Shown: positions 19,767 through 27,850 of the stretch, piece after piece
Layout of the letters: the number at the start of each line of letters is the position of its first letter
Numbering within the stretch: position 1 is the stretch's first letter
Source: an uncultured archaeon
Lineage (GTDB): Archaea > Asgardarchaeota > Jordiarchaeia > Jordiarchaeales > Jordiarchaeaceae
DNA: 32,000 nt
Direction of reading: 5' to 3'
Assembly: GCA_964510585.1 (NCBI GenBank)
Contig: CAZECW010000212.1
Location: 13,122 to 45,121, forward strand
Notes under the pieces: model-generated
What the model was told of the DNA's origin: nothing
Seen by the model: only the letters and a program-made list of their open reading frames with translations
Database searches by the model: none
Program-made: the position numbers and the translations under genes

Positions 19767-20321
19767 GTGGAAGAGTACTCGCACCCACAACAAATCGAAA
19801 CACTACTCAAAAAAATGCTTAGCGAGAAGCCGCCCTTCGTTCTTCTACATCAAATCAGAGGAATGATAGACAAAGAAGTTGATTCCCACCTCCAACGAGA
19901 ATGCCAAATCACTCTGGCACAGTTCCGCGTCCTCGCATTCCTTTACCATAGTATGCTTCATGGTGAGCGGGTTCCATTAAGCGAATTAGCAGAGATTCTA
20001 ATGGTGACCAAAGCAAACATTACAGGTCTAATAGACAGACTGAGAGCCCAGAGATACGTGAGGAGGGTGCGGGACAGAAACGACCGCCGGCGAATCTTTG
20101 TAGAAATAACACCCGAGGGCTCCACAAAACTTGAAGCTGCGATTCTACACTTTGAAAATTTTATGCAAAGCCTTATGGGCTCCGTTTTTACAAAGGAAGA
20201 AAGGGTACAGTTCCACAGGCTTCTAAAAAAATTTAACGAAAAGCTACCCTCAGTCTTAAGCGAAATCAAAAACCAGCTTAAAAACTTACAGTGCCAAAAA
20301 AGGGTGAAACCATGTACATGA
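19767..20321 (+). CDS. MarR family transcriptional regulator
   Basis: ITLAQFRVL, SELAEILMVTKANITGLIDRL and DRRRIFVEITPEG winged-helix pattern. AGGGTGA RBS. The stop overlaps the ABC ATPase start. Confidence 0.9.
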   Translation: MEEYSHPQQIETLLKKMLSEKPPFVLLHQIRGMIDKEVDSHLQRECQITLAQFRVLAFLYHSMLHGERVPLSELAEILMVTKANITGLIDRLRAQRYVRRVRDRNDRRRIFVEITPEGSTKLEAAILHFENFMQSLMGSVFTKEERVQFHRLLKKFNEKLPSVLSEIKNQLKNLQCQKRVKPCT

Positions 20322-21298
20322 TAGAGACACGTAAACTTGTCAAAAAGTTTGGAGACATAACTGCTGTGAATGGAATAGACCTCAAAGTCAAGGAAGGAGA
20401 AATATTTGGTCTCCTTGGACCAAACGGCGCCGGGAAAACAACCACACTCTCCATACTCTCATGCATGCTTCTTCCAACTTCTGGTGAAGCTTACGTTAAC
20501 GGCTACAATGTTGTGAAGCAACCAGACCAGGTAAGAAAATCCATAGGAATAGTTTTCCAAGACCCAGCCCTAGATGACCAGCTAACCGGCCGCGAAAACA
20601 TGGAGATACATGCAATGCTCTACAATGTCCCCAAGGAAGTCGCGAAAAAAAGGATAGATGAAGCTTTAGAACTCGTAGAATTAACTGACAGAGCAAAAAA
20701 TCTTGTAAGAACCTACTCCGGAGGAATGCGCAGACGACTCGAAATTGCACGAGGCCTAATACACAGGCCAAAAGTACTCTTCCTTGACGAGCCCACCATT
20801 GGGTTGGATCCCCAGACTCGGGAGCGAATATGGCGATACATTGAGGTGCTGACAAAGAAGGAAAAAATAACAACTATTCTGACCACTCACTATATGGATG
20901 AGGCGGACAGGCTTTGTGATAGGTTGGCGATTATTGATTTTGGCAAAATTAAGGCTGAAGGGACCCCTGAGGAACTCAAAAAGCAGCTGGGTGGGGATGT
21001 GATTACTGTGAAGACCAAGTATGCTGATAAACTGGCAAAGATGGTTTCTGAACTGGAATTTGTGAAAAGTGTGAAGAAAACAAGTGATTCGGTGAAGATA
21101 GGTCTCCAGAATGGTGAGGAGCACATAACTGATGTGGCTTGCTGGGCGAGGGACAAAGGCATCCCTATCGAGTCGCTCACTCTTCAAGAGCCCACTCTGA
21201 ACGATGTTTTCCTGTACCACACTGGTAGGGAAATACGTGAGGAAGGACCAGCAACGCCATTTATTATGGGACCTATGATGAGGAGGCCTCCTCGTTGA
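20312..21298 (+). CDS. ABC exporter ATP-binding protein (DrrA/NodI-like)
   Basis: Walker A GPNGAGKTT, signature YSGGMRRR, Walker B LFLDEPT and H-loop TTHY. Start is ATG 20312 or 20318. Confidence 0.93.
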   Translation: MYMIETRKLVKKFGDITAVNGIDLKVKEGEIFGLLGPNGAGKTTTLSILSCMLLPTSGEAYVNGYNVVKQPDQVRKSIGIVFQDPALDDQLTGRENMEIHAMLYNVPKEVAKKRIDEALELVELTDRAKNLVRTYSGGMRRRLEIARGLIHRPKVLFLDEPTIGLDPQTRERIWRYIEVLTKKEKITTILTTHYMDEADRLCDRLAIIDFGKIKAEGTPEELKKQLGGDVITVKTKYADKLAKMVSELEFVKSVKKTSDSVKIGLQNGEEHITDVACWARDKGIPIESLTLQEPTLNDVFLYHTGREIREEGPATPFIMGPMMRRPPR

Positions 21299-21335
21299 AG
21301 AAAGAAGAGGAACGATTTGTGAGGAAGGTGAAGGT

Positions 21336-22205
21336 ATGAGCAAGAAAAATGTAAGGTCTAAGTTGGTTGTGGAGGGAAGGATTAGTGGTGAGACGTTTGC
21401 CGAGTTGCGAGGCGTGTATGCTGTGTGGCTTAGGGAGGTTAAGAGGTATTTAAGGGATAGGATGCGCATTTTTACTGCGGTTACTGCTCCCATAGTGTGG
21501 CTGTTGTTGTTCGGTGTTGGGTTTTCCAGTTTCTTTAGGCAGTCGGGTGGCATTAACTACATTAACTACATGTTTCCCGGTATTATTGCGCAGTCTCTTC
21601 TTTTCACTTCTGTTTTTCTGGGGATTTCTGTGATTTATGATAGGCAGTTTGGGTTTTTGAAGGAGATGCTTGTTGCTCCCATAAAGAGGATTTCGGTTTT
21701 TTCAGGTAAGATGCTTGGTGGGGCTACTGATGCGTTGTTTCAGGCTTCGATTGTACTATTGTTGTCAGTGTTCTTTATTCCTGTGCAGCCTGTTATGATG
21801 CTGGCCTGTTTACCGATTATGCTTTTGACTACTGTTGGTTTTGTGAGTATGAGTATAATTATTGCTTCGAGGCTGAAAACATTGGAGTCTTTTGGCTTAA
21901 TTATGAACTTTGTTAACTTGCCTCTATTCTTTTCGAGCGGAGCTCTTTTCCCAATAAGTAGCGCGCCAGGCTGGCTTCAAACATTGGGCTACTTTAATCC
22001 CTTAACTTACGCTGTGGATGCTATGAGGGGCCTTCTGCTAGGCCACACTATAATATCTTTTAGCTCAACAACATTCCTGTACGATGTTATTCGCTCATTG
22101 CTGCTTGGAAATAACATGTTTCCTCTCTGGTTTGACCTGGCTGTGCTGGGTGGCTTTGCTGGAATAATGATTCTTTTGGGGGCAGTGGCATTTGCAAGGA
22201 GATGA
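21336..22205 (+). CDS. ABC-2 type permease (DrrB-like)
   Basis: Motifs YMFPGIIAQ, DRQFGFLKEMLVAP, FSSGALFP and NPLTYAVDAMR. Confidence 0.92.
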   Translation: MSKKNVRSKLVVEGRISGETFAELRGVYAVWLREVKRYLRDRMRIFTAVTAPIVWLLLFGVGFSSFFRQSGGINYINYMFPGIIAQSLLFTSVFLGISVIYDRQFGFLKEMLVAPIKRISVFSGKMLGGATDALFQASIVLLLSVFFIPVQPVMMLACLPIMLLTTVGFVSMSIIIASRLKTLESFGLIMNFVNLPLFFSSGALFPISSAPGWLQTLGYFNPLTYAVDAMRGLLLGHTIISFSSTTFLYDVIRSLLLGNNMFPLWFDLAVLGGFAGIMILLGAVAFARR

Positions 22206-22321
22206 AACGCCGTAACACCAAAAATCCTATTGAGAATTCCAAAATTTATTCGTTGATGGGCACTCACATTTTTGCGTTTGGCGTTTCTCTTCTCCTATTT
22301 TTTGGTGGTTTTTGGGTTTGG

Positions 22322-23236
22322 TTATTTTGTTTTTATGGTTCTGAGGTATTCGGTCATTCCTGTTCCCACTTCGCCGGTTTCTTTGCATTCCATTATTGCC
22401 ATTTGTTCGAAGAGTTCGGTGTATCCTCCCGGAAAGTTTCTTGCGAATCTTAGGTAGGTGTTTTTTCCCAGTAGCTTGGATTTGACTGTGAAGGTGTTTC
22501 CTTTTATGTCTGTTATGTGGTATGTTGATGTGAGTGGGGTTTGAAACTGGTCGTTGTCGTTGATGGTTTCTATTTCCACTTTTGCCAGGGGGGTGTTTCC
22601 ATTTTTTGTGGATACCGATCCGGAGAGGTCTATGCGGTTTCCTTGGTGGTCTTTTCGGAAGGCGCAGCTCCAGTCCCGGAATTGTATGTGTGTGGCGTAC
22701 CATTTGTCGAATTGGTGCCAGTCTCTGTAGCCCCAGCTTTTGTCGCGTTGTCCGTAGCCTTTGAAGCTTCTTTTTGTTCCGTCATTATACTTTATGGTGC
22801 CGTTTACTTTTCCTGAGGCTTCGAAGTGGCCGTGCCAGGAGGCTGAGCTGTCTCTGCCGAAATCGTATGTGGGGAAGCGGGTTTCCCACGTTAGCCTGAA
22901 TTCTAGTTTGGGGGTGGTGTATAGTATTTTCCATGTTTGGAATGGTTTGACCAGCTGGTATGTGAGGATGTTGTCTGTGAGCATTTTGTTGATGTCTTCC
23001 ACGTAGCTTTCTAGTGGGGGCTCCTGGTAGTGTACCTCCATTTTGTCATCTATGAAGAGTAGGAAGACGAATTCTCTTCTCTTCTCGTTGGGCAGTATTC
23101 CAATGGTTGTAAAGCCGGAAACATTGTTTTCAGCGTCTACCCAGTTGAAGTAATAGGATTCCCGCCATTTCTGCCTTTCATCAGGCCTATGAAGCAGCTC
23201 GTCAGAATCCATAAGGCTTGGGGATTTACCAACCAT
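22322..23236 (-). CDS. Uncharacterised protein, probably of the AttH/CrtC/tocopherol-cyclase-like beta-barrel group
   Basis: Trp/aromatic-rich, beta-strand-like sequence with WRESYYFNW, HFEASGKVNG and GQRDKSWGYRDW motifs. The family assignment is recalled pattern similarity only. Confidence 0.6.
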   Translation of the reverse strand: MVGKSPSLMDSDELLHRPDERQKWRESYYFNWVDAENNVSGFTTIGILPNEKRREFVFLLFIDDKMEVHYQEPPLESYVEDINKMLTDNILTYQLVKPFQTWKILYTTPKLEFRLTWETRFPTYDFGRDSSASWHGHFEASGKVNGTIKYNDGTKRSFKGYGQRDKSWGYRDWHQFDKWYATHIQFRDWSCAFRKDHQGNRIDLSGSVSTKNGNTPLAKVEIETINDNDQFQTPLTSTYHITDIKGNTFTVKSKLLGKNTYLRFARNFPGGYTELFEQMAIMECKETGEVGTGMTEYLRTIKTK

Positions 23237-23482
23237 TTTATAATCCCTCGAACATAACTATTGTAAGTTTCCGACTCTAAAAATATATCCCCAAAATTAT
23301 CTGTGCGAATCACGCTGTTTGAAGAATCAAGACTGGAAGGGTGGGGTGAACCCGGGTGATTCAGTGCTGAAGTGTTTCCCTCCCATACTTAAACTAATTC
23401 TTCGACTCAATTTCTGTGTTCTTGGAAAATTATAAAAGCCTGAATTTCGAAAATTTAAGGAAAAGCTTGGTGCATAATTAAG

Positions 23483-23623
23483 ATGGAAGAAAAAGTAAAA
23501 AAGGAAGTAGTAAAATCGGCAAAAAAGTTGGTAACAAAAGAAGTACAGAAACAGTTGGGGATTAAACCAAAGCAGAAAAAGCGCAAAAAGAAGGCAAAAA
23601 AAGTAGAAGTATACTACTATTAA
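23483..23623 (+). CDS. Putative 46-aa lysine-rich small protein (MEEKVKKEVVKSAKKLVTKEVQKQLGIKPKQKKRKKKAKKVEVYYY)
   Basis: ATG...TAA frame below the ORF-track cutoff. GGTG lies about 11 nt upstream and a TTATAAAA box about 50 nt upstream. 17 of 46 residues are Lys. Confidence 0.5.
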   Translation: MEEKVKKEVVKSAKKLVTKEVQKQLGIKPKQKKRKKKAKKVEVYYY

Positions 23624-23769
23624 AATCCAAAAAATGTTTTTATGCGGACACCAAAAAAGACAAAAAAGTCGCCCAACATGTGAATTCTCTGGATTCAGAA
23701 TAAGTTTCTTTGTTTTACCTGCAAGAAAGGTTTCCCCCTTATACTTCATAACAGTTTCCAAATACTGGG

Positions 23770-23965
23770 ATAGGCTTCCTGTGTTCTTTTTGACACTCTC
23801 CGCGACTAAAGTCGGGAGATTCTTGCTTCTGGCTCATCGGGAGCCTTCGAAGCAATGGGTGTGCCACCACCCAGTTAACACGCCCTTCCCTTTAGGGGAA
23901 CTGCGTCTATGTTGGCACCCTCATGGGGGCTGCGTCTTGTTTAGCCCCTTAAGCCCAAGCCAAAC
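23770..23965 (-). ncRNA. Putative TnpB omega-RNA/reRNA-like structured RNA (scaffold about 23965-23790, guide about 23789-23770)
   Basis: At least five short stems plus the right-end hairpin, ending in TCAA. The position matches reRNAs at IS605 right ends. Expression and boundaries are inferred. Confidence 0.5.
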
Positions 23966-24065
23966 CCTTCAGCTACCAACAACTATTTATATACCCTACT
24001 TTCAAATAAGCTTTTTGGCGATTCATCCCCACAACTAAAGTCGGGGGCTTTCTCGCCAAGGTTTT
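23790..24065 (-). mobile_element. Non-autonomous IS200/IS605-family mini-element (PATE/MITE-like), with no tnpA or tnpB
   Basis: Minus strand left end: TTAC|AAAACCTTGGCGAG-AAAG-CCCCCGACTTTAGTTGTGGGG. Right end: GAAT-CTCCCGACTTTAGTCGCGGAG-AGTG-TCAA. Both are subterminal imperfect hairpins sharing a GACTTTAGT core, with IS608-like guide/cleavage tetranucleotides. Confidence 0.85.
23984..23993 (-). promoter_or_regulatory. Archaeal TATA box inside the mini-element, pointing toward the right end
   Basis: TATATAAATA on the minus strand, preceded by purine-rich GAAAGTAGGG. It lies just inside the left-end hairpin, where the tnpB promoter would be expected. Confidence 0.5.
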
Positions 24066-24182
24066 GTAAATTTTTACAATGGGAGGTAATAAATATTAAG
24101 TATGCATCCCTCATGTTTTGGGTTTAGAATTTTTTTAAGGAAGGCTTGTTTTGGGAAAAAGGCTTAAAGTGAGAAAGGTGCT

Positions 24183-24890
24183 TTATTTTCGGCATAGAAC
24201 AAAGGTGATGGCTCCTTCCTTTATGCCAAGTCTCATAGATTGGAATCTTTTGAAGCCCAGTTTGGACAATTTTTTAACCAAAACATATTTGGGAAGAGAG
24301 GTGGAGAAGATGAATTTTCCTCCCTTTTTTGTAACCCGGTATATTTCTGCCAGTGCTTCGTCTCTTCCAATTAGTAGGGTGTCTAGCACTTCGTGGCAGG
24401 CGACTAGGTCAAAGGTGTTGTCGTCGAAGGGAAGCTTTCGTGCGTCAGCTTGCTGAAATTTGACTTTGTGGGATACACCTTCTATTTTAGCGTTTTCCTC
24501 CGCGTGTTCCATGGTGTTTCCGCTGACACCTGAGAGACTAAGTGGGGACCAGGTGTCTATTCCTATTACCTTGCATTTCTTGCAGGCCTTTGCAAGAGAT
24601 ATTGCCACCAATCCTCTACCTGTGCCAACATCCAACATTAAAGAATTTTCCTTAGGCTGAGCGAATTCCACAAGCAAAGTACTTTTCTTAACTCTAAGGG
24701 GAGTAGTGCTCTCATAGAACAATAACCCAACAATCATTGCCAACGCAATTACAATCACCGTGAAAATATATCTTACAACCAAATCATTAACAATGAGGTA
24801 AAGGATGAAACATAAAATAATTCCAAATAGGAGAAGACTCAAAATAAGCGGGGAATAAACTCCGTAACTTACATGTTCTTCCTCGGTCAA
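24183..24890 (-). CDS. Class I SAM-dependent methyltransferase with two N-terminal TM helices
   Basis: Motif I LDVGTGRG, QADARKLPFDDNTFDLV and EIYRVTKKGG, with a hydrophobic N-terminus. Confidence 0.88.
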   Translation of the reverse strand: MTEEEHVSYGVYSPLILSLLLFGIILCFILYLIVNDLVVRYIFTVIVIALAMIVGLLFYESTTPLRVKKSTLLVEFAQPKENSLMLDVGTGRGLVAISLAKACKKCKVIGIDTWSPLSLSGVSGNTMEHAEENAKIEGVSHKVKFQQADARKLPFDDNTFDLVACHEVLDTLLIGRDEALAEIYRVTKKGGKFIFSTSLPKYVLVKKLSKLGFKRFQSMRLGIKEGAITFVLCRK

Positions 24891-25213
24891 GCAGCAGGCC
24901 TCACTTAGACTTTAGTAAAATTATCTTTTATATTTTTTTAAACAAAATCTAAAAAAGTGGTAGGTTGTACAATTATTAAATTTTGGTAATGGAGTCCCGC
25001 CGAAAACAAGTTTCCCCCTCAGTGAAAATACTGGCGCAATGCATGTCTACTCCAAAATTTTTGAATATGATCTTGAGAACGATCTTTTGCCTAAATTCTC
25101 CTTTTCGAAAAAACCAAATAAGGCGTTTTATTGAAATTCCAAAAACAGAGGTTCTTTAAAAAACCTAAAAGCTGTAACGAGGAATATAATGTTGGAACTA
25201 GCTGGGTGACTTT

Positions 25214-26392
25214 TCATAAGGTTGTCATTAAGTCGTCTACGAGCTCTACGAGGTCCTTAACCTCAGGATAGTTTTTATCAGGCTCTGAAGAGTCCTTGAA
25301 GTTTAATTCGCAGAAGGGACAGGCTGTTAAAAGCAGTTTGGAGCCCGTGGTTTTCGCTTCTTCCAATCGTTCTTTAGCAGACCATAGGGCGAAGTCGTTA
25401 AATGCTGCCTTTACGCCTGCTCCAGCTCCACAGCACCACGAGTTGTCCATTTTTCTATCCATTTCCACTAGTTTAAGTCTCGGGACAGCGTTTAATATTT
25501 TTCTTGGCTGATCGTAAATGCCTGCAAGCCTTCCCAGATGGCAGGGATCATGATATGTGACTATTTGACTTAATTCCTTAAACTTTATTTTTTTGTTTTC
25601 CAAGAGTTGGGAGAGAAACTCCACCATGTGCTGGACCTCGAAATTTAGCCTTCCTCCAAGTTTGGGGTAGATTGACTTAAAGGTCTCATAGCAACCGGGG
25701 CAGACGAAAAGAAGTTTCTTTAACCCAGACTCTTCTATTTTTTTCAAATTGTGTTCCATAAGCTCCCGAGCTTTATGAGCCAGACCAACTCTATATAGTA
25801 CTCCTCCGCAGCAGTATTCCTCGTCTCCTAATACTTTGAATTTTATGTTGAGCTTTTTTAGAATGTTTACTGTGGCATTGGCAACGTTAGGCAACCTGTA
25901 GGGGATAGTGCAACCGATGAATAAGCCCATTTCTGCCCCATCTTCCTCTTTGCCTTCTTGGGGCAACCATTTGAATCTAGCTTCGTGTGGTTCGCCGTAG
26001 GGGTTATGATGCCTTTCTACGTTTTCAGCAAATTTTTTGTGCTGCTCCAAGGGACCCTTACCATCGCTTACACACTTGAACCTTAATTCTTGGAGAACTT
26101 TTAGAGGCTCCATTTTTGCTTGGTTACGTCTGCAGGTTACTTCACACCCTCCGCAGAGGGTGCATGTATATATTATCTCTAAGAGTTTAGTACTGTAGTC
26201 CAACTCTCCTCTTAGTAGAGCTCGGGCGATGTCCATACGGCCCTGTGCAGAATAGGCGTCGAAAAGAAACTTCTTGAGACTGGGACAGATGTAGCTAAAC
26301 TCTGCGTTCTTAACGTCCCAGTCGCAGATCCATTTGCATCTTGAGCATCTGAAACAGAGTTCTAAAATTGATTCACATTCTTCAAGAGGCAT
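25214..26392 (-). CDS. Fe-S oxidoreductase, HdrD/GlpC/GlcF-like (ferredoxin motifs plus two CCG domains)
   Basis: CFRCSRC and CTLCGGCEVTC, followed by FIGC, YCCGG, CPGC, YHDPCHLGR, WCCGAGAG and TACPFC. Confidence 0.92.
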   Translation of the reverse strand: MPLEECESILELCFRCSRCKWICDWDVKNAEFSYICPSLKKFLFDAYSAQGRMDIARALLRGELDYSTKLLEIIYTCTLCGGCEVTCRRNQAKMEPLKVLQELRFKCVSDGKGPLEQHKKFAENVERHHNPYGEPHEARFKWLPQEGKEEDGAEMGLFIGCTIPYRLPNVANATVNILKKLNIKFKVLGDEEYCCGGVLYRVGLAHKARELMEHNLKKIEESGLKKLLFVCPGCYETFKSIYPKLGGRLNFEVQHMVEFLSQLLENKKIKFKELSQIVTYHDPCHLGRLAGIYDQPRKILNAVPRLKLVEMDRKMDNSWCCGAGAGVKAAFNDFALWSAKERLEEAKTTGSKLLLTACPFCELNFKDSSEPDKNYPEVKDLVELVDDLMTTL

Positions 26393-26404
26393 AACACTTC
26401 CTTC

Positions 26405-27838
26405 CTAAAAACAGAGTTTTCCGGGGTTCATAATGTTGTTGGGGTCGAAAACCTCCTTAACCTCTTTTAAAATCCGGGCATAAGCCAAGTTTCTCTGGTA
26501 AGTCATTTTTGATAGGAATGAACCGTAGGGTCGGGAGAAGAAGGCCCCACCATCAAACAGGCATTCTACGAGTTTCTCATAAGTCTTTTTAATCTTCTTT
26601 AACTGTTTATCGTTGTTGGAATCGTAGAAGAGTGTGAATTCCATGTGGCAGGCACCACCCCTCACTAAGGGTTGAATATAGCAACCCACCTCGTCCATAG
26701 GGTAACCTAGTTCTGAAGAGATTTTCTCTACAACCTCAAAGTAGTGTGGAGTCTTATCGAGTGTGGTGACGAAAAATATGTCTTGGAAATCGCCCTTCCA
26801 CATTTGCTTCCAGTACTCCCCCTTGTAGGATTGGCGGAGCATTAATAGAACCTTTTCTTCCAATCCCTCCAGTTTGGTTGAAGGCCCAACTCTGAATCCC
26901 CTTAATATTTCTAGAAAATCTTCTTCCTCCTGCTTTAATTTCTCCTCCGTAAGTTTCACTCCTCCCGAAAGGCAAACAATCAGAGTCCAACGAGCCAGTT
27001 TGCGCCTCAAAACTTCTATTTCCGATTTTTTGTCGGCAAGAATCGTTGCCAAGTCTAAATCGTTCAGCACCAAGCACTCGTAACCCAAAAGATACCTCTG
27101 AATTTCGTATAGGGGGTCCACCAGTTCCTCCAGACTATTTGAGGAGAGGAAATATAATTTATCAAGCTTAGGGAGATGTTCTATTTTTACGGTGGCGCTG
27201 GTAACTATTCCCAACGTTCCCTGTGCACCCTGAAAAATTTGGTTCCAGTTCAGTCCAGGCCCGAATGGTACCACATATTCGGCAAACTTGCTGGGTTTAA
27301 CTGCCGCAGAGCCTGTTCGGAGAATTTCCCCGGTGGGCAAAACTACCTCCATGGTTAGTATGGGCTCATAATACTCAAGTTTCGGTACAAGTAAAGGCTC
27401 CCTTTCAAGATAACTGGTCAACACAGACTTTCTCTCGGGAGCACAGAGTGGGAATAGGGGCAGTAACCCCTTTTCTTTTAGGCTTTCAAACTGCGAAAAT
27501 GTTACCCCAGCCTCTATGGTGGCGTTTTTGTTCCTATCGTCGAATTTAACTATGCGGTTCATTTCACTCAAGTCAACTATAATTCCCCCATCCTTGGGAA
27601 CGGTTCTACCGTAAAAGTGCACTCCCGAGCTGCTGGGAACCAGTGGAATTTTGTGTTTATTGCAGAACTCTACAGTTTTTTGAACCTCCTCCACAGTCCT
27701 TGGTTTACAGATGCAGATGGGCACATTCATTGGGTCTAAACAACTTTTATCCGCCGAGTAAGAACTTAATGCGCTGGGAGTTCTTATGACATGCCCCCCG
27801 CCTAGAATTTGTTCAAGTTCCTTTACTGATTTGGACAT
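26405..27838 (-). CDS. FAD-binding oxidoreductase (FAD_binding_4 / VAO-PCMH / GlcD-like)
   Basis: Motifs VDLSEMNRI, EAGVTF, EVVLPTGEILRTG, GAQGTLGIVT and FDPNNIMNPGK. GGGGTGA RBS. Confidence 0.88.
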   Translation of the reverse strand: MSKSVKELEQILGGGHVIRTPSALSSYSADKSCLDPMNVPICICKPRTVEEVQKTVEFCNKHKIPLVPSSSGVHFYGRTVPKDGGIIVDLSEMNRIVKFDDRNKNATIEAGVTFSQFESLKEKGLLPLFPLCAPERKSVLTSYLEREPLLVPKLEYYEPILTMEVVLPTGEILRTGSAAVKPSKFAEYVVPFGPGLNWNQIFQGAQGTLGIVTSATVKIEHLPKLDKLYFLSSNSLEELVDPLYEIQRYLLGYECLVLNDLDLATILADKKSEIEVLRRKLARWTLIVCLSGGVKLTEEKLKQEEEDFLEILRGFRVGPSTKLEGLEEKVLLMLRQSYKGEYWKQMWKGDFQDIFFVTTLDKTPHYFEVVEKISSELGYPMDEVGCYIQPLVRGGACHMEFTLFYDSNNDKQLKKIKKTYEKLVECLFDGGAFFSRPYGSFLSKMTYQRNLAYARILKEVKEVFDPNNIMNPGKLCF

Positions 27839-27850
27839 GCGTTCACCCCT

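Noticed and set aside
23335-23395. GC-rich stretch with GGGTGAACCC and TTCAGTGCTGAA mini-hairpins, considered as a C/D-box sRNA
   Set aside because: There is no proper C box (RTGATGA) or C'/D' arrangement, and the stems are too short to support a call.
23327-23761. 144-aa Phe/Tyr/Cys-rich minus-strand ORF
   Set aside because: It is the antisense shadow of the A-rich Lys ORF and has no RBS or recognisable motif.
23634-24038. 134-aa plus-strand ORF crossing the mini-element
   Set aside because: It reads through hairpin ends and flank, with no TnpA HUH/Tyr or TnpB RuvC/zinc-finger motifs.
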